NCBI RefSeq assembly: GCF_964204645.1
Contig: NC_134026.1
Span: forward strand, 25,888,150-25,952,149
Length of the DNA stretch: 64,000 bases
Direction: 5' to 3'
Origin: Tubulanus polymorphus
Lineage: Eukaryota > Animalia > Nemertea
Made by a program: the position numbers and the translations under genes. Within the stretch, counting starts at the first letter, position 1. Each line of letters begins with the position of its first letter. The notes under the pieces are model-generated. The model was not told where the DNA came from. It saw nothing but the letters and a program-made list of their open reading frames with translations, and searched no databases. Positions 51,001 to 61,858 of the stretch are shown here, piece by piece.

Positions 51001-54000
51001 TTGTAGATTGAAGAGAATGCTCTTCTAAAAGTGAAGGTGGAGCAACTTGAAGAGCAACAGAAAAACTATGTGACCAACTTAAAGAAGACCATTGATTACA
51101 AAAATAAGAAGGCAAGTGCTCCCTCTCTAGCCTAAAATGACCATTTTCTGCCTAAGATGTACGTATATTGACCCTTTTCAAATTGTAGATAAGGGATTCC
51201 GAAAATATGACGAAAAACTTGACGGTGAATCTAAAAAGTGCTCTTGATTATAAGAATGGGAAGGTAATCATTTCTTGACGCGTATAAAATTTTCCGAAAT
51301 CCAATTAACGTGTTTAGATACTTATGGATGAATAATTCAAACAACATTATGAATTCTTTCAGATTCAAGATCTCGAAGAAAATGAATTAACAACCATAAA
51401 GAATTTCAAGACAGCTATGGCAAATAAGAACAAAAAGGTAAGACGAGTATCATTAACATTATATGAATTGAAATTATCTATGGCAGTTGTATAAGTGAGG
51501 TTAACTAACGAAATGCATTTTAGATTGAAGATCTTGAATTCCAAAAGAAAAATGCCATGACTAACATGAAAAAAGTGATCGCTTACAAGAACAAAACGGT
51601 AAATAATCTCTTTAAAGTGAACGACTAGAAATCCTTCATTGTGATCCTCCTGCATGTACACGTATTCCTGCCTACATTACGGTTTGAGTTGGCTTTATTT
51701 TTGATTATATGGCTACATTGTATGGATTGCCCATAAAAACAAGTATGATTATAACATGAATAGCTTCCATTTTTTTATGGATAGATTGGTGATCTTGAAT
51801 TTCAAAAGAAAACATCCATGACTAACATGAAAAACGTTATCACTTACAAGAACAAGAAGGTAAGTTGTCTAACTACATATTGCCATATTATTGCTGCGTT
51901 TGCATACACTGCTTAGTTTGACGATATTCAACCACTTGCCTATAAAATTCTCAATGGTTTCTATCCAAAGATTGATGATCATGAACAACAACAGAAAAAC
52001 ATGATAACCAATATGAAAAGCGCGTTTTCCTACAAGAATGCACAGGTATCTTCATGTTCTAAAACTTGACCAAATTGTGCACTTCATTTACATCAATGAG
52101 AATAACAAGTACATGCATGATATCATTCATTTAGAGAAAAGAACTGACAGAAAAGGTACAGCTTCTGGACAATGAAAAGCTGGAGGTAAGGGTGCAGTCA
52201 TCTGAGTACATTTAATTTAGATTTTGAAAAATTTTATAAATTTAATGGTTAACTTGACCATATTCCATTTTATTGTAAATTAGAATGAGAAAAAGACAAA
52301 GGAATTGGCCGAACAATTGAAAGAGGTCCAAGAAGAAAATGCACATATCAGAGAAGAAAAGTAAGCACATTTATACCTCCACCTCAACACTTCTTCCTAT
52401 GTTGTCCGACAATGAATCGTTATATATAAATCTATTCAGAGAAATTATCGTCGAGAAAGAAATTGAAATTGAGAAGATCGTTGAAGTGGAAGTTGAAAAA
52501 ATTGTCGAAATACCGGAAAAAATCATCGAAGTTGAAAAGACTATTGAAGTAGAATCAGAAGAGTCATTGAACCGAATCAAGGTTTTAGAGGTAAAATTGT
52601 AGTTTCCCCCGTTAAATGAAAAGTAACAGACGCGATTCTGATGTTAAGATCAAGGAATATGTTTCATGGTTTCTTTTTACAGGATGAGGCTGTTGCCAAG
52701 AATGACAAGCTTATTGAACTGGCAACCTTGATTGACAACAAGAATCGCGAAGCGAGTGAACTTGAGAAGGAAATTAAGCTTGTAAAAGTAAATAAATTCA
52801 CAATTTTTTAACAAAAGCATATTATCTGGAAACAATTAGCATGAAATTGTCCTTTAATCTTATTTAGGCGGAGAACAAAAAGCTGGACAACGAACGAGCA
52901 ACCGCTTCTACAAAGGTAAAGACTCAAAAATGATATATCAGCATCTAATAATCTCCGAAAATGAACAGGAACATTAAATCATTATGAAATTATTATGTAT
53001 TTCCATTTTAGGTCATAAGATTGAATCAGGAATTGAAGGTAGCTCGTAATCCAGATGATATCAAAAAGGTAAATGTATACCTATCTTGTGGGCTTCTGTG
53101 CAATTATTTTTGTTACAAAAAATCTACGTATAGAGTGATTGTGAATGCCAGAAGAATGAATTTCGATATAGAAGATAACCATCTCATTTCTATTAATGGC
53201 TCAATATATGTATGAAAAGAATTCAGAGTTTTAATGCTTTTTTAGATCGCTGAATTATCTGCCAAGTTGGCAGAAAAGAAACCAGAGGTCGTCATTAAGA
53301 AAGAAATCGAATATAAGGTTCTTGAAAAATCCAAGCAGACAGATCTAGATCGGGTAAGTTAAGAATATTAAGACTTTTTCCTAAACGTTAGCTATAAATG
53401 TAGTATTTCGATACAAACGTTCTCAATTATTTTTAGATCGCCGAGCTTGAGGATGACTTACAGAGCATGAAGGCGAAAATCGCTTCGTTGGATACAGTAG
53501 ACGCAAAAGTGGCTGAGAAACCCCTCCAGGCAGATAAAGATCGCGTAAGTTCATGTCTTGTTTGATGTAATCGATGTCTTTATTCACTTCCCCCATATCA
53601 AACTCTTTTCTTTTGTATGTTGCACTAGATACGAGAATTAGAAGTTCAACTCCAGGATCAAATAAATGTCCAGACGAGAACAGTCGTTAACTCTGCTCCA
53701 GTTGTCTTCCAGGAAACGAAAAACAATGAAGAGGTAGGTCGATATGAATGTGATCAGAAATGCAAGAAGATTTTAGAATATATGCGTACTACCAAATTCA
53801 CAAGAGTGAATCAATCAAAACGAATCAATCATTGGATTTTTAGATCATTAGACTCAGAGAAGAGGTGAAGACACTTCAAAGCAGGCCACAAGAGATTAAG
53901 ATTGTTGAAAAATCCTCGACAGAAGACAAAAAGAAGGTATAGATCATTTAACTTCCATAATACAGTTTGAATACCAACTACTCCAACGCTCCCAACGACC

Positions 54001-56380
54001 ATAATTCCTGATTCTTTTTTCCTTTTTCAGATTTCTGAATTAGAATCTGCGCTGTTGCTAGTAAACAACAAACCGAAAGAAATTGAATATCGAATCGTCG
54101 AAAAAACATCTCGCGCAGATCAAGAAAAGGTAATGTTATGCATAAATCTGTTCATTCAACAGACTATAGTTTCTTAGAACGTTAAGTAATTTATCAATCT
54201 TTTCTCGTTTACATAGATCGCTCACCTCGAAAAGCAAGTAGGAGTGTTGCAATCACGTCCTGTACAGAAAGAGATTCAAGTTCAATACCAAACACCCAAA
54301 ACCGATTTGGACAGGGTAAGCGGTTCGATCTACTCACTAAAGAAGACATTTATTTCTTTAAACTCAAATTTACTAAAGATATGAATAAGTTATATGTTTT
54401 CATTTTCGTTATTTTAGATGGCTCGTCTTGAACAAGAGTTGCGTGAAGCACGAAATGCTTTAGTCTTGAAAGAGAAGACACGCATTGAATACATTGAAAA
54501 ATCCTCGCCAGCTGACCAAGAAAAGGTTTTTTGGTTTCCATTTATGTCTTTCACATTGTCATTTTGGTGTTTTGCATATTTAATCATTTGATTTTTAGAT
54601 CGCTCGTCTGGGAAGAGAGATCCAGGCGCTCCGACAGAGAGAAGTAGAATTACAAAATAGAAAACCAGCGGTCGAGTACATAGAAAAACCATCGAGAGCA
54701 GATCAGGAAAAGGTATATATATTTATATCCATTCATACTGCAATTACGTATCAATGTGTGCATGGTTATCTTTTTCTTTTGATAAATACATACAAAACAA
54801 TTGCATTTAATAGATTATGCGATTGGAACGTGAAATTCACACCACTAAAATCCAACCGCCTCGAGTTGAATACAAAACTGAATACAGACCAAATCCAGCT
54901 GACCAAGAGAAGGTACTCGTTGAACTAATAAAAACGCATTTATTTCAAATTCTTCATCACATGTTTATCACGTACAGGATAAACATATTAACAATATTGG
55001 TTCCATCTAGCTAAGCATATGATCTAACTCTTTGTCGACTCGTGAACATTTAGATTGCCCGACTTGAGAGGGAGTTGCAAAATACAAGACAAACTCTGAC
55101 CTTGAAGGAAAATGAAATAAGAAACTTCCAGCCTCGAGTAGAATACAAAACTGAATACGTCGAGAAGAGAATGCAAGCTGACATTGAAAAAGTAGTTAAC
55201 TTTTCCCACCTGTTTTGATTTTTGACTGATTCTTCGATTAATACTATATCAAAAAAATATATTTTTCCTACTTTACTTCAAGATTGCGTTCTTGGATAAG
55301 GAAATCAACCGCTTGAGAAATACACCACCGCGCGTTGAAACAAAAACTGTCGAAATTGAAAAGAGAGTGCAGGGTGACGTCGATCGAGTACGTTAAAACC
55401 GAATTGTTTTTGTCAAAATGAATGATACATATGTACTACATCTATTTGAAGACAATCGTCATTTGTGAATTTTTAGATCGCGTTCTTGGAGAAAGAAATC
55501 AACCGTATAAGAAACATCCCACCACGCGTTGAAGTCAAGACTGAATACGTTAATGTTGAGAAACGTATGCAGTCTGATATCGACAGGGTAAGGATTTCAA
55601 GAGAAAACCATTCGTATAAAATCGTATGGAAGTTTTCTTCTACATCAAATATTTTCATGCCTATTTGTTTCAGATTGCTTTCCTTGAAAAAGAAATCGAC
55701 AGGTTGAGAAACGTTCCACCACGTGTTGAGACAAAGACCGAATACGTCGAGGTTGAAAAGAGAAACCAAGCCGATATTCTTCTTGTAAGTCAAGAGAGAA
55801 AATATTTGAACGAATTATGTTTTATGAATGCGAGTTTTTTCATATGATTTTCGATACAGATTCAACGATTAGAACAAGATGTTATAAAGTTCAGAAACGC
55901 CCCACCACGTGTCGAAGTCAAGAAAGAATTTGTTGAGGTCGAGAAACGCATGCAGACTGACATAGACAGGGTAAGCACTGAAGGTCAAAGATTAAATATT
56001 TCCTTTTAATTATAGATTTGAAAGAAGATTACTAACCACAATTGTCTTCTCTTTAGATCGCTATGTTGGAGAAGGAAATTGATCGACTGAGAAACATTCC
56101 ACCGCGAATAGAAACAAAGACTGAATACGTAGAGGTCGAAGTGGAAAAGCGAGTGCAAGGAGACATTGATCGAGTAAGTAACGACAACATTTTCCCTCAT
56201 CTTTTGAAATTCTTTTATGAATTCTCTGAAATGCTGAATTCAAGGGGACATGTTTTCGTGTTCTTGGTAGATCGCATTCTTGGAAACTGAGATCAACCGT
56301 ATTAGAAACATACCACCACGTGTTGAAACCAAGACTGAATATGTTGAGGTTGAGAAACGCATGCAAACTGACGTTGACAG

Positions 56381-56468
<88 letters not shown>

Positions 56469-58504
56469 TATTTTCTTATATAGCGCAGATCTAAGAAATA
56501 ATCGCTGCGCTTTACAATATAAAACACAATACAGAAAATTGTTAAAATTACATAAGTTAGGTATACATGCATGATAAAACAATACATAGTAGGTTTTAAG
56601 AGTAGGTTTGGCTAAAAAGGTATGTCTTAAGATTACGTTTAAAAATATCAACGGACAGGGTAAGCATCAAACATATTTCACTTCTGAAGTATAACAAACC
56701 TTTAAACGATGCATTATCACCATTTTGATTCTTTTAGATTGTTATGATGGAAAAAGAGATTAACCGTTTGAGAAACGTTCCTCCACGTGTAGAGACCAAA
56801 ACCGAATATGTTGAAGTCGAGAAACGCATGCAGTCTGATATCGACAGGGTAAGTTTGATGTTGGAAAGGAACTACAATACGTAGCTGCATTTGATTTTTG
56901 TGATGGTAATTACAAGACAGTCATTGTTATTTTTACATAGATCGCTTTCCTTGAAAAAGAAATCGACCGTTTAAGGAACACCCCACCTTCTGTCGAAATG
57001 AAAACTGAATATGTTGAAGTTGAAGTGGAAAAGAGGGTCCAAGCTGACGTTGACAAGGTACGATGATGGATGAAAACTGTCAAAATACGTATGGATTTCG
57101 TATAACTTTTAAACAAGAATCGTGTTTTACAGATTGCGTTCCTCGAGAGAGAAATTGATCGTTTGAGAAATATCCCTCCTCGTGTTGATACCAAAATCGA
57201 ATACGTTGAAGTCGAGAAACGTATGAAGTCCGATATAGATGTGGTACGAGCATTTTCTACTAATCGAGTTTTATGTCAAAACTTGATACTGATTTTTTGA
57301 ATAACATATACTTTGATTTTCATACCTTAAATTTGCATTGCTATTTCAGATTGCTCGCTTGGAATCTGAATTGGATAGGTTGCGTAATGCTCCTGCTCGC
57401 GTTGAATATCAAACTGAGTACGTAGAGATGGAAAAACGAAGCCAAGGAGATATCGATAGGGTATGCAATTCTATTCATCTTAAAAAAATAGACATGGCTA
57501 ATAATTATCGGTCACATATTGAAAGGAAAGCAATGTCTAACGCATTTCTTCAAAATCCGTACAGATTGCTTTCCTCGAAGCTGAGATCAACCGTTTGAAG
57601 AACATGCCAGCTAGAGTTGAACATAAAACCGAGTATGTAGAGAAGAGATCGCAGGCGGATATGGATAGAATTGCCCAGCTGGAATGGCAACTAAGCTCCA
57701 GCCAACCCCAGTTAGATGCAGCAATGAGAGAGATTGAAACACTGAAAAACGAAATTGATTTAAAGGTAAATCAGTACTTATGCTTTGATTATACCTCGAT
57801 GATTAGTTTTGACGATTTAAAGCTAATGCCCATTATTTTCTATTTCAGGAAGAGCAGATTATCGAGCTTTCGCAGTTGGAAGACGAAGTTATTGCACCAC
57901 AAAACATCCAATCTGCCCAATCAGCACCAATGATGTCTACTAACCAGCAACAACAACAACAAACTATGTTGCAAACACTACAAATACCCGTCCAGTACCA
58001 ATACGTCATGGCCCCTGCCCATGGGGTGGCTGTAGGGCATAACTGCAACCTATGTGTATCGGGTGGCCAATTATATGCAACAAGCAAGTCTGCCTCTCAA
58101 GGCAATCTGGCTTATATGACTCAATCGTCATCCCGTCCCAGATCTGTTAGTGCTCGTCGCCAGCGCCGATTCTCATTGGAATCAAACAGCGAGGACACCC
58201 GCCGAGCAGTTGAAGAAAACAGCGAGGTCATCCAATCGATTCGCAGCACTTTAGAGAGCACCCTACCCAACCAGAGACAGGGTTATGCAACCACCAAGGT
58301 CATTGAACCCGCCAGAGCCTCTTCGACATCAAGGGTGTACACCAATGGAGCTACAACCAGATATTCGACGGTAGAGGGTGCTTCGTCGAGCTTGTTTTCA
58401 TCAGCATGTAAGTTATCAATAACTTGAAAAACAAACAAATGAAGAAATCCCTAATCGAATTTTACACTTACGCTTTGTTTATGATTTCAGATAAAATGGA
58501 TTAA
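48054..58504 (+). CDS. Gene E: largest cluster member (Ser/Thr-rich head, coiled coil, 25-aa repeat exons, EKIVE block, ~37-aa repeat exons, Gln/Ser-rich tail); about 43 coding exons
   Basis: Exons 48054-48081 (MSRPVNRVS), 48172-48243, 48336-49339, 49879-49991, 50134-50342 ... 57565-57765, 57849-58407, 58491-58504 (ends ...FSSAYKMD*). The frame stays continuous through GT-AG introns and one GC-AG intron. Confidence 0.88.
51007..52045 (+). repeat. Array of 75-nt phase-0 exons encoding a 25-aa repeat (consensus IxDLExQxKNxxTNMKxxxxYKNKK)
   Basis: Exons 51189-51263, 51363-51437, 51524-51598, 51785-51859 and 51971-52045, plus the last 25 codons of exon 51007-51111. Confidence 0.88.
56383..56466. 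repeat. (TAA)~28 microsatellite (tail of the L2 insertion)
   Basis: Uninterrupted trinucleotide run starting inside the splice donor. Confidence 0.97.
56386..56653 (-). mobile_element. 5'-truncated L2-type LINE (end of ORF2, 3' UTR, stem-loop, (ATT)n tail) with 10-bp TSD
   Basis: Minus strand 56652-56596 encodes VDIFKRNLKTYLFSQTYS*, the typical L2 ORF2 end. TGTAAAGCGCAG...CTGCGCTATATAAG stem-loop, then (ATT)~28. GACAGGGTAA is duplicated at 56376-56385 and 56654-56663. Confidence 0.85.
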
Positions 58505-59041
58505 TAATTGTCGATTGCTGTACGGATGTCATCCTCGTTTGGGATCGACTTTATATAATTTTCGCAACACCGAATTTTGAAAATTCAGAGGTGGCACAGT
58601 AATCAGAATTTTCGAAATAAAGTTTGTGCCATTAGCGAGGATGTCAGGCGCATTTACAGAAATAACATCTTCATGAGAATTATATCGACAATATTGAACT
58701 ATAATCAGATATAAAGTGAATTCTGAGAAGCTAACACTGTATGTCAGCTCTCTTGCAAGGGAAAAATACGTTGAATTTGTTATCTTGAAATGTTTTAAGA
58801 AGATCCTTAACTTATAAGGCAGTTAATTGTTGTGTCCGATGATATGTAGCGGTTTAGTTTGTTAGTTTATATATGATTTAAGTGAACTACTACGAGTGTG
58901 ATCGTAGACGTATATTCAAACATATTCATAAAAATGCATATCTATCAAAATAATTAATACAATTTTCGTGGTGTTGGTTGATATCATGTTGTCTGGAGAA
59001 ATAAAAATTTTCGATAGCATGAAATGTCTTTTCGTTGTCCA

Positions 59042-59058
59042 TGACCTTTCAATGACCT
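59042..59058 (-). promoter_or_regulatory. Perfect DR5-type nuclear receptor element
   Basis: TGACCT-TTCAA-TGACCT, i.e. AGGTCA-n5-AGGTCA on the minus strand; further GGTCA half-sites lie at 59368-59558. Confidence 0.4.
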
Positions 59059-59809
59059 ACATGATCAATAAAGGAGGATTGGATTTCCAAAGATTGGGAC
59101 GTCGAGCGAAAAGTGGTTAGGGGTAAAGGGGAGCTTGAAAACCCCAGCCATCCCCCACCCCCGAGATCCTAAGCTACAGAACCTTTCTGTTGTTGACACA
59201 AAGCAAGGTAGAACTACGATTTCAGGAAATTCATTAGGGGGCGTTCACACTCCTCAACCCCCCACCCTCCCCTATTACTTAGGATTAGAGTAATTGCTCC
59301 CACATGCTTTGTTGTTCAGCTATTAGAGATCATTGTCTTTATCCAAATACCATGTAACAAAATGCCACGGTCAAACAGAAATTCTAGTCACAAAAGGTAT
59401 CACCTTTTAAACTTTTAACGGTCACTTTATCTTTATCCAAATGCCAAGCCAAAACAGAAAGATCATGGTGAGTAGATACCCAGACATTAGAAGGTAACAA
59501 TTAATGAACGGGTCAATGGCCGGTCAAAAAGTGCATGCTTAAATGCATCGGGGGGTCAAGCTTTTTTCGAAATAGCCTGATGATTTCTTAGAACTGTTTA
59601 CAGTCCCGACAAAATAACTCTTCAAGCGTCATATTTTAGTGTTGTCAGTAGTTTCGTTTCTCGCAATTTATCTGTTCTTCACTAGTATGAATATGCACAA
59701 TCAAATGACAAAAAGATACATTCATGGCCTTCTTTTATTCATTTGAGAAAATGCTGCTTTTTAAATTTTGGCGTTTATTTGCATATCGGAAGTGGCCCGA
59801 ATCAGCCGC

Positions 59810-59968
59810 CCTAAGTGGACTTATTCATTGATATATTCGTCCCTATTTTATTCATGTATTTTATGTTTTAACGAATTTTCAATGTTTTTGAGGCCTAAGT
59901 GGACTTATTCATTGGTATATTCGTCCGCATGTATTTTATGTTTTAACGAATTTTCAATGTTTTTGAGG
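59810..59968. repeat. Tandem duplication of a ~75-84 bp unit
   Basis: CCTAAGTGGACTTATTCATTG...ATTTTCAATGTTTTTGAGG at 59810-59893 and 59894-59968; the second copy has a short internal deletion. Confidence 0.9.
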
Positions 59969-60090
59969 CTCAGGGTCTACCAGTTTAACCTACCGTGCAC
60001 CTTGCTTTCAATAACCTACGAGCATGATCTTAAAGTACGCAGACATATCTGCAAAATAGTCTGGAGTCGGATGACCGATTTTCGACTGAG

Positions 60091-60173
60091 TATAAAACAC
60101 TGAGTGACCATAGTAATGTGTCTGTTGTCTTGAGACAAACACTGGGCGAGGACGTGTCTGATTCTCCTAAGAG
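60091..60173 (+). promoter_or_regulatory. TATA box and putative non-coding first exon of gene F
   Basis: TATAAAA at 60091-60097; AG|GTAAGC donor at ~60173; acceptor TTACAG about 25 nt before AAA-ATG at 60341. Confidence 0.5.
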
Positions 60174-60340
60174 GTAAGCAAATAATTCCGTAATCAATTT
60201 TAAACTTACATCATTATTTTTTTAGGTCTCACAAGGCAAAATTGAGGCAACATTTTTGTTAATATTGATATATTTTGAACGTATTTCCTTTAAAAACGCA
60301 GCTGATTGATTACAGTATCTGAAAACAGTGATACCTCAAA

Positions 60341-61307
60341 ATGTCTTACTATCAATACGGTGGTAAGTAATAAGATACCGAGAAGATATTAAAACATGAT
60401 CGCTTTATCTTGTGTGTTTCATATAGATTTTTATTCGTATTTGAATCAATAAATGAAAAAATTTAGACATGCACATCGTTTCCCTCTGCTACCAAATGTG
60501 AACATTTGTCCGAGATAATAAACAATAATGATCAGAAAATCGTCGAAGCGGTCCTGTTGCTCCATTTATCTATCAGAAATAATTTGTTCGATTCTTTGAA
60601 TTAAGTGATGCTTATATCATATCTTCCTATAGTGTCAAGTGGTGGTTGTTCCGGTGGTGGAATGTCAGGTTATTCTACTGCGGTGAGTTATAATTTCAAT
60701 ACTTCAATATACAAAATTCTTAATTAAAATTATTCATTTATTCGTAACAATCACTTGGATTTCACCGTCTAGGGTGGACAACTTAAATGGAAATCTTCCA
60801 TGGGGGCAACGGGGCTATTTAAATCTTTAATGACATCCGAAGGATTGTCTTCACAAAGATTGTTCGAAGTTCGTCCGTTCGTTCGTGTTCGCCAGTGCGG
60901 CTAATTATTCATTCATATGTAGACAGAATCATCAAGGGCACCTAGGATAAGAATTAATGGTGATATGAATGGCTTGACAGAATTGGTGTTTAAATGAAAT
61001 AGAATCATAGTACCGTGAACCCTGGCACTGAACTTCGACTGGGCGCAATAATAAAAGCATTTCCAATCTTCTCAGGGAAATATGAAACCAGGATTTGGTT
61101 ATTTATATCTTTTATTGTTGATTAATTGCCAAATTAGGCTTTGAACGCCCACTGCCCAGATTCAGGTTCATAAGTACAAAAGTAGAACCTATTTTAGTAA
61201 ACAAACTATTGCATCTTTGATTTCTTGCAGGTATGTGGTGGAACCGGTGGGTACAGTTACAACTACAGCTCCGGTTGCACAACTTCCCAGAACAGCCAAG
61301 CTTCAGC
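60341..61307 (+). CDS. Gene F (5' part only): Gly/Ser/Tyr/Cys-rich N-terminus, probable fourth cluster paralog; exons 60341-60362, 60633-60682, 61231-61307
   Basis: Splices through GTAAGT/GTGAGT donors to MSYYQYGVSSGGCSGGGMSGYSTAVCGGTGGYSYNYSSGCTTSQNSQAS. This resembles the gene D head (MSYNMNGGY...GGYSCSSYGSG) and ends in phase 2 like the head exons of C, D and E. The exons are too short to appear in the ORF track. Confidence 0.6.
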
Positions 61308-61349
61308 GTAAGTCGAGAGATAACTACAATACCTAAAGGCATCGCAGAA

Positions 61350-61858
61350 ACCCAGAAGCCCTCCACCCAGAATACCCTCATATGTGTCCAAAATGCCTCC
61401 AGACCCTAGATCCAGTGGGTTTACGCCTGAGGAACAAACATTAGGAACGTATTAGTAATACAATTTTTAGATAGAATCCCCGAAGTTTAAATTTGCAGAC
61501 CATACTCATTGTTGAAATAAACCAAAGGTCTGTAGTACAAAAGTAGTAAAGTGAGCAAAACTAAGTAAAATGTTTATTTCAGTGTATTGTTAGAAGAATA
61601 TTATTGCAGTTGAATGGCAATGAACTGAATTCAGTACCGCAATTTAGTACATTGTTTTCTACATTATATATAATTCTATACATGTACAATAGTCGATATT
61701 GGTGATACTTTACACATCTAAATGATAGAATAAAAGTATTTTTTTTTAATTCTGGGTGGAGGTATTTTGGACACAAGAATGAGGGTATTCTGGGTGGAGG
61801 GATTCTGGGTGTAGGATTTTGGTTGGAGGTATTTTGGTGGAGGTATTATGGGCGTATC
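61350..61858. mobile_element. MITE-like fold-back element with internally repetitive inverted arms
   Basis: ACCCAGAAGCCCTCCACCCAGAATACCCTCAT...GTGTCCAAAATGCCTCCA (61350-61401) is the near reverse complement of 61751-61810. GGTGGAGGTATT(C/T)TGG subrepeats continue to ~61850. The interior is AT-rich and non-coding. Confidence 0.7.

Larger units (their letters stand above)
53246..57765 (+). repeat. Tandem array of about 21 homologous phase-0 exons in gene E (divergent 5' half, conserved 105-117 nt 3' half)
   Basis: Conserved units start at 55283, 55477, 55674, 55860, 56057, 56271, 56738, 56941, 57133, 57350 and 57565. They encode the same module as gene D. Confidence 0.92.

Noticed and set aside
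56061-56651. Poly-Tyr and poly-Ile ORFs in the ORF track
   Set aside because: These are translations of the (TAA)n LINE tail and of the antisense strand of gene E exons.
29496-58504. Assignment as intermediate filament, tropomyosin, myosin tail or true plakin
   Set aside because: I see no IF rod-end motifs, spectrin/plakin or plectin-repeat domains, or motor domain, and the regular Pro-Pro breaks are incompatible with tropomyosin or myosin rods.
59075-59290. G-run/C-run segments resembling MITE remnants or G-quadruplexes
   Set aside because: No clear terminal inverted repeats or TSD could be delimited.
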